This document shows positions 39,358 to 45,632 of a stretch of 45,632 nucleotides of DNA, piece by piece. Source of the DNA: Welwitschia mirabilis (lineage: Eukaryota); NCBI GenBank assembly GCA_051453625.1, contig JBOZIK010000001.1, positions 37,922,979 to 37,968,610 of the forward strand. Direction: 5' to 3'. Every line of letters starts with the position of its first letter. Within the stretch, counting starts at the first letter, position 1. The position numbers and the translations under genes were made by a program. The notes under the pieces are model-generated. The model worked only from the letters and a program-made list of their open reading frames with translations. It was not told where the DNA came from and did not search any database.

Positions 39358-40740
39358 GTTGGATAAGCAAATTAACTCATTTTAAAAAAATTTATTATGT
39401 ATAGACATGATGTAAAAGCTATAAGAGAGTACCTCATCATAGGCCCCGACTTGATCTAAGATTTGTAATTTCACTTTCTACAAATTAGCTTTATCATTAT
39501 GTTTGCCTACCTTTATCTTTACTTTGTAATTTTATACATTATATTTCTTATGTGATTTTTAGTTTCACTATCCATTTAAAACATTAAATTTAAGAAATAA
39601 AAGTCTATGCATTTAGGAATTTCCTATACTTGGATTTTTATTTCTATTTTATCATTAGTAATATTTTCATTGAAATCTATTTCATATATTCTATATTTAT
39701 TATACTAATTTTTACGCCCTTTATTTCTAAAATTGTCTCTTAAAATCAAAGCTTGATTGAGATGTATTCACTAGTAAATCTAAATAATTATTAACTTCTT
39801 TAAAACTACTTATAGAGATGATGATTAAGGAATCTTATTTTATAGTAATAGAAATTAATGATACATAGTTTTAAATATTTAACTATGCTTCCCTTTCTTT
39901 AATAGTTATTTATTTACTAACAAGTATAAATAATTTAAAATACAACACATACATAAATTCATCCTGCATTATATCAATATTTCTAGCTATATAAGGCTTT
40001 GTGTTCCATAAAATATAAAAAATAATTTTTCTAAATTTAAAATTATATAAATTTTTAGATGATCTAAAGAAAAAATTATGATTTTGTTAAATTTCTAGCT
40101 TTAATCAACAAAAATATAACATAATGATTAATAATAAGAAATTATTATAGACTTTAAGAGAAGCATTCTAATTTTAGAAAGAGAATGAAGTAAAATAAAA
40201 AGGTATTAAAGCATATAATCATATCCTAATCCAAGATTTAAACAAGCATAGAAAAATCAATAATGTCACATCCACATTTTTGCTTTTCTAATAAAATTTG
40301 CACGTTTATATTTAATGANNNNNNNNNNACTTCTTAAGGAGGTGAGAAATGTCACGTCCACATTTTTTTTCTAATAAAATTTGCAAGTTTAATTCTTAAT
40401 GAAATATTTGGAAAATATTGAATTACTTAAAATTCCAATTTTTGTAATTGCCATGTTCTTGAATTACTATATTATTGAGTTGTAATATGAATACTATTTT
40501 GTATAAATGTTTGTACCCAATCTTTATATGCTCTTGTGGTGAAAATGATATCTTTTATTTACTTATGAAATTAGATGTAAATGTTGAATTGAATGTATAT
40601 TAGGGAGACATGTTATTTACTCCTTTTTCTTATTATTAAATATAAATATCTTGATTATATGATTAAAATCACCCAGTGGCCAGACACTCATTTATAAGAC
40701 ATTATGTAACCCCTTTCTTAACCACCCTCATTCACAATAT

Positions 40741-40901
40741 TTTGTATTCATATGCAAGGAATACTTGCCAACTATTGTTTGTCTTCATATGCAAGGGATC
40801 TTTGCCAACTATCATTTGTCTTCATATGTAAGGAATCTTTGCCAATTTTTGTTTGTCTTCATATGCAAGGAATCTTTACCAACTTTCATTTGTCCTCATA
40901 T
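40741..40901. repeat. 37-bp tandem repeat, ~4.3 copies, in LTR U3 upstream of the TATA box
   Basis: TTTGTCTTCATATGCAAGGAATCTTTGCCAACT-like units at 40741, 40778, 40815, 40852 and a partial unit at 40889. Confidence 0.95.
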
Positions 40902-40935
40902 TATTGTGACTCTTCACATATCACCAAATATTGAT

Positions 40936-40946
40936 TATAAATAGGG
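40936..40946 (+). promoter_or_regulatory. LTR TATA box
   Basis: TATAAATAGGG followed by a pyrimidine-rich stretch, typical of LTR promoters. Confidence 0.65.
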
Positions 40947-41432
40947 CTCTTCTCCTCTTTTTTCCTTACTTTCATTTTTGGAGAACCTTTTGCTACTGAG
41001 TCTCGGAGCCAGAAAAGCCTTGAAGCCTAGTAAAGATTTTGAGTTCTTCTTGAAAATCGGTATGAATCCCTACCCTCGTGCTTCCTTAATGGTCCTTCCT
41101 TATGATTCTATACTATTGTATTTTATTGATGATCCTTACTTATGAATTTGTTTATTGAAATCGATGCGTATTTATATTCCTGTATGTTAAACGTTAAATC
41201 ATGTAATTCTTGAATGAAACAAACTCTCTGCTAATACGTGTCCCATCTTCATTATCCTTTTGCTTGATATCTTGAGGTTATCTTTCTTAATATGAGATAA
41301 AAATTTGTAATTGATTCCTTTTATATTGACTTGTTGCCTTGTGGTTAAAATAAATGGTTAAGGTGTTATGTTGTGGTGAAACCTATATTATTTTGTAATA
41401 TTATCTTATTGGATCTATGGTTATGGATTTTC

Positions 41433-41664
41433 CATAGATTACCGAACGAGGCAGTGGACTTTATAGATCGCCGAACAAGACAGTGAAGAGAGAATCCCAT
41501 AGATTGCTGAATAAGGCAGTGAGGATATTATATTACCACAGATCACTGAATGAGGTAGTGGGCTTCACAAATCGTTGAATGAGGCAGTGAAGTTAAATAT
41601 TATTCAAAATCCACAGATCGCCAAATAAGGCAGTGGTCTTTATAGATCATGGAATGAGATAGTA
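41433..41664. repeat. Array of seven 24-bp cores separated by variable 5-22-bp spacers, inside the LTR
   Basis: Consensus ~CAYAGATYRCYGAAYGAGGCAGTG. Spacers: gactt, aagagagaatcc, aggatattatattac, ggctt, aagttaaatattattcaaaatc, gtctt. Confidence 0.9.
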
Positions 41665-42535
41665 AAGTTAATAGTGATTATATATATTATATTTGATATT
41701 TTCATTCATAACCATGAATTCATTTTTTATGAATGTCTTAGATTTCTTGAAAGTATTGAATATTTTCTTGTTATTTTGATCTTTGAAGTATCTTGCCACA
41801 ATACCTATTCTTACCTGGGCCATACTGGGAGCTGTGAGATTTTCACAGTTTTCATCCCATAACTTTTTATGATAGGTGATAAATCTGAAGTCTAATTGCT
41901 AAGATGACATGAGTTCATGATAGATTGTTGAATCTATAATGGTGGAGAAATCTTTTGATTATTGTATCTCATTGAGTTATTGTTATCTGATTACATAAAT
42001 AGTCAAAATGTAAATTATCATTTGATGAGAAACAGACTCTATTTGTTCATAATTGTGTGGCTTGCATTTTTATATGGAATGATGATTTTCCTTTTTGAAA
42101 TAAAATTTTTTTATTAGAGATCATACTTTCTAGTTATTATCTGATGAAATTGATTAAAATCTTGAATCTCTACCCTTGTGTGTATGAAATATTATATTGG
42201 ATATCGAATTAAAAGATTGTGGATTCTTGGGTATCTTTTTGGAATAAAGCTGAATTTGTACGTTATTATATTGTAATTGGAAAATTTCATTAGAAGATTT
42301 TATTAGAAAACTTTGGAAGATTTTGTGATAAGTTGATGTTTTCTTAAGTCTATTAAAAGTTTTCTGTTAAATGTGGACAAGAGACTTTCCCTCCTTCCTA
42401 AAGGAATTTAAATCCCAAGAAAAGGAAGTTACTTTTCTTGTTAAGAGTTATAAGTTCAGTTACTAAGAAAGTCCTCTTTAAAAGCTAATTTAAGATAACA
42501 TGAAAGAGAGAATCACCTTACAAATGGCCATTATT

Positions 42536-42642
42536 AAGAAAGTTACAAATTCTTTAGATAAACATTACAAAAAGGAAGCTACAAATTCTTGAGATGGATG
42601 TTATCAAAAAGGAAGTTACAAATTCTTGAGATGGATGTTACA
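42536..42642. repeat. ~36-38-bp tandem repeat x3 at the LTR terminus
   Basis: AAG(G)AAGTTACAAATTCTTGAGATGGATGTTA-like units; the last ends in the LTR terminus ...GGATGTTACA. Confidence 0.85.
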
Positions 42643-42764
42643 GAGTCTAACTTTTCTATGAATAATATAGATAGTTTTTAATTATTTCTTTTGATTGAGG
42701 AGAAGAATGAGGATTTATTTCCTTACTAAATAAGTAACATTCATAAGTTTAGAATAAGAAAAGA

Positions 42765-42912
42765 GGTGTTATATTTTTGGGTATCAAAGTGTTCGAGTAA
42801 GTTTGAAGTTGTCAACATTAGTATTTTTGGAGTGTTACAATCTAGTATCGAAGTTTCAAAGATAAAGATTTCCAACTGTAGAATTTGTGGTATTACATTT
42901 TGATATTAGAGC
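42765..42912 (+). repeat. Three tandem (~60-bp period) degenerate LTR-end + tRNA-Met PBS junctions
   Basis: ggtgttata-ttttt-gggtatcaaagt (42765-42790), ggagtgttaca-atc-tagtatcgaagt (42829-42854) and ggtattaca-ttt-tgatattagagc (42889-42912). Each resembles GGTGTTACA.TGGTATCAGAGC. Confidence 0.6.
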
Positions 42913-45632
42913 ATAGGTTATGATTTCATCAGGCATAGTTATTATTAAGAGGATTATACACAATATGAAAGCCTAGATTTTAAATTTCATTGGACATAAA
43001 TTTAACATCAAATATCTCAAATATCTTATTCATGTTTTACTAGACATCCAATAGAGTCTAGTTAATTCAAAGAGGGTCATTGCTAAATATATTATTTATT
43101 TTAACAAAAAACATGATTTCGATAGGCTTATACATAGTCTTTTAATATTAATGTAATTTAAAAAAATATTTCAACCTTTTTTTAATATATATTTATTTAT
43201 ATAAATAATATTATAAAGTGTAAATAATATATTATTAAGAACCTTGTGTATCAGCCTTCACCATTTACATTTTTAAATATATAAATATAAATATATATAT
43301 ATATTATAACAATAAAAGAAAACTGGATCATGTAAGCGGCCACAAATGTATAACGCTTTGTTATGGCAACAAGTAGAATTAAACCATCTACCAATTTTTT
43401 TTTTGTTTTTATTTATTCTTATTCATTACATCAGCATTTATTGATGGAAAAGAAAAGGCATTATGAAAAGGAAACATGTCCAGGGTAGCGTTATATTTGA
43501 GGCTAAAAGAAAATGAAGGAGAGACCTGCATTGATTACTACCATCTGCCACCTAACATTGGGTTTTCATAAGGTGAACATGTTCAAGGAAGAGAAGGATC
43601 TCTCTTAACAAAGAAAGGTGATAGATTTCATAGTAGTGGGTATGATGATCTCCATTCAACATTGCGTCATGTCTTAACTTATCCCTTCTTGCAAAATGTC
43701 TACCCATGGATGCCTATAATAAGTTAAGACACTAGTGATAGATAAAAAAAAAAGTTTCAGCTACAAATGCCAAATGCAGAGCCAACGGTAGTTTAAGAGA
43801 CAAGGANNNNNNNNNNGGAAAAATAAGGTGTTTCCTTGGTTAGGAATTTGAAGCATGTGTAGGAAAGTTAAAGAAGAAGTTTTCCTAGATAGGGTTTACT
43901 TGTGGAATTTCTATTAAGGCCTCTAAAGAACAGAGTATCATCTTGTAGGTATTCAACAGAGGCCTCAACTGATTCTAGCCTTCATTGATTGCTTTCATTG
44001 TTCTAATTCTCTGAAAGTTTTTTCTTACTCTAGTGATTTATTTTTATCATTGACACGAAAAGGTTATCCACATCTTTTCCTTTACAACTGTTTGACATTC
44101 TCTTCTATGTGACTCCCTCTTAGTGGCAAGAGAATATGGAGATCAATAAAAAAATGCATACTTTGCAATTATATTGACCTTTTGAAGTGAAAATTTAGGC
44201 ATTCTAAACCTCAGATTACAAAGGTCATATACACAAGTATTAGGCCTTTAAATAGGGTTTCTATTAAGTCTTCTCAAGAGATGGAGTGCTTTTTCATGAA
44301 ATATGGATTTTCAAACAAACAAAAATCCATACATTCTATCTTCAATAGTGGTGTTCAAGTATATGAAGTCACAGTTATTAGGTTTTGTCAGAATGATTCA
44401 AAGTTTCTTTTAGGTATAAAATCATATTTTGTAGTAAGAGGTAGAGCATAATCCTAGGATTCTATATTGTACTATTAGAAAGGTGGAATCCTGCGTAAAT
44501 GATGCTAAAACAATGGGATTCTAGATGCAACTAATCATGATGTAAAATAAGCCAATGAACATATTTGGTTTTCAAGAAAGCGTCACATAACAAGAATTTC
44601 TAAGAAAGGGGTTTAAAAGAAATGGACGACTATATTTTATTGTTAAGTGTGATTCAGGGTTTGAGTGAGTTTCTTGAGTAAATATTTACTAGGGTTTCTT
44701 TGAATCCTAATTTATTTTTTTACCCCCTTATGCATTAAGATAAACATATTTATTGTAGCTATTTTATTTTATTTTATTTTATTGTAGTTGTGTTTTATCA
44801 AAATTTCCATCTTCAGTGGAAGCACTATTTGATCTCTAAGACCTATTTTGTATAACTGAATAGTGAAATTTTAAGAAGAATTACTTAGTAATCTGAAGGA
44901 TTGCCCTACCATGTGCAAATCGTGACTTGAATCTTTCTAGCCATTCTAGTCTGAATTCTACATTATTGGAGCTTTGTTTTGCGCCATTAATGTAACCTGT
45001 ATATTAGTGACAAAAATAGCTTGAGCTAAAGATTTTCAAACTTATTTAGAATAGTGTACTTCTTGTCTCCTTAATTCTATAGTATCTATTCTAGTGAATA
45101 GGTTCTTTTGTGGATGAATGCTTGTCTCCATAAAAACAATTTTACAATCTCCTACAAAAACTAGATGCTTCTCCTATTATTGTTTTTCTCAGAAGTTATG
45201 AAGTCTCTAGCCACGCTACTTCTTTTGTATTATGGAAATCTTTCTTTTCCCTCCTATTTGATAATAATTGAATGCAGCCTCTTTAAGAAAAAAAAGAAGT
45301 GTTTTTTTTTACAACAAAATTTACCAAGCATTTTACCTTTACCACTTTTCGTGTTTCATGTGAAGTTACAATCTTGCTTTGTAACTGTGATCTTAATTGC
45401 CCTATTAAGATATTACCTTGTAAATGAAAAATTATGAGTTCAAAGATCTGATAGCTTAGAAAATGTATTATTGACCCTGCTATTTCATTATTTTTTACAT
45501 GGGGCTTGTAATCTTTCATTTTACAACCTTTTGTAAGTTTTTTGTCTATAGTTATATAAGCAATAGCTTGACCTTCTTCTTTGTAATGATAAGGTTATTG
45601 TTTAAAAGAGGAGGAGGAGAAGGGGATGGGAG

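Larger units (their letters stand above)
40264..42642 (+). mobile_element. Ty3/gypsy chromovirus (Tekay/Del-like) LTR element: start of one LTR, collapsed gap, PPT and a complete ~2.3-kb LTR (40350-42642)
   Basis: TGTCACATCCACATTTT at 40264 recurs as TGTCACGTCCACATTTT at 40350, preceded by PPT TTCTTAAGGAGGTGAGAAA (40331-40349). The LTR ends GGATGTTACA (inverted terminus) and contains TATAAATAGGG and residual CpGs. Confidence 0.8.

Noticed and set aside
41433..41664. True CRISPR array
   Set aside because: Spacers are short (5-22 bp), uneven and partly repeated; cores are degenerate; there are no cas genes; the array sits inside a plant LTR.
43817..45632. Possible LTR or 3' region of another element; ORFs 45165..45437 and 45283..45519
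   Set aside because: No termini, PBS/PPT or domain recognised; the ORFs are low-complexity AT-rich frames.

Overview
Eukaryotic land-plant genomic DNA. It is very AT-rich and strongly CG/CHG-depleted, with seven assembly gaps (8730-9582, 20990-21089, 28762-28861, 32608-32707, 38307-39306, 40319-40328, 43807-43816). The only intact gene I can support is an intronless, secreted germin-like protein (cupin) at 30580-31245 (+). It sits in a sharply bounded GC/CpG-rich island with a TATA box, W-box/ACGT motifs and poly(A) signals. Most of the rest is nested, decayed retroelements: (i) a 7.2-kb Athila-type Ty3/gypsy element (10363-17592, minus) with both LTRs, a near-perfect 5-bp TSD, tRNA-Asp-type PBS, gag and protease but apparently no RT/RNaseH/integrase, inserted into an older Ty1/copia pol remnant; (ii) a second Athila-like 3' LTR and flank; (iii) a decayed L1-type LINE downstream of the gene; (iv) a younger Tekay/Del-like LTR element whose interior is collapsed into a gap and whose LTR carries several repeat arrays; (v) older gypsy/LINE fragments. 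I found no convincing new multi-gene system. The most notable observations are the atypical GLP active-site residues, the gag-protease-only Athila element with a recurring ~38-bp hairpin motif, a spacer-separated 24-bp repeat array in an LTR, tandemly amplified LTR-end/PBS junctions and a young near-perfect palindrome. All motif matches were made by eye.
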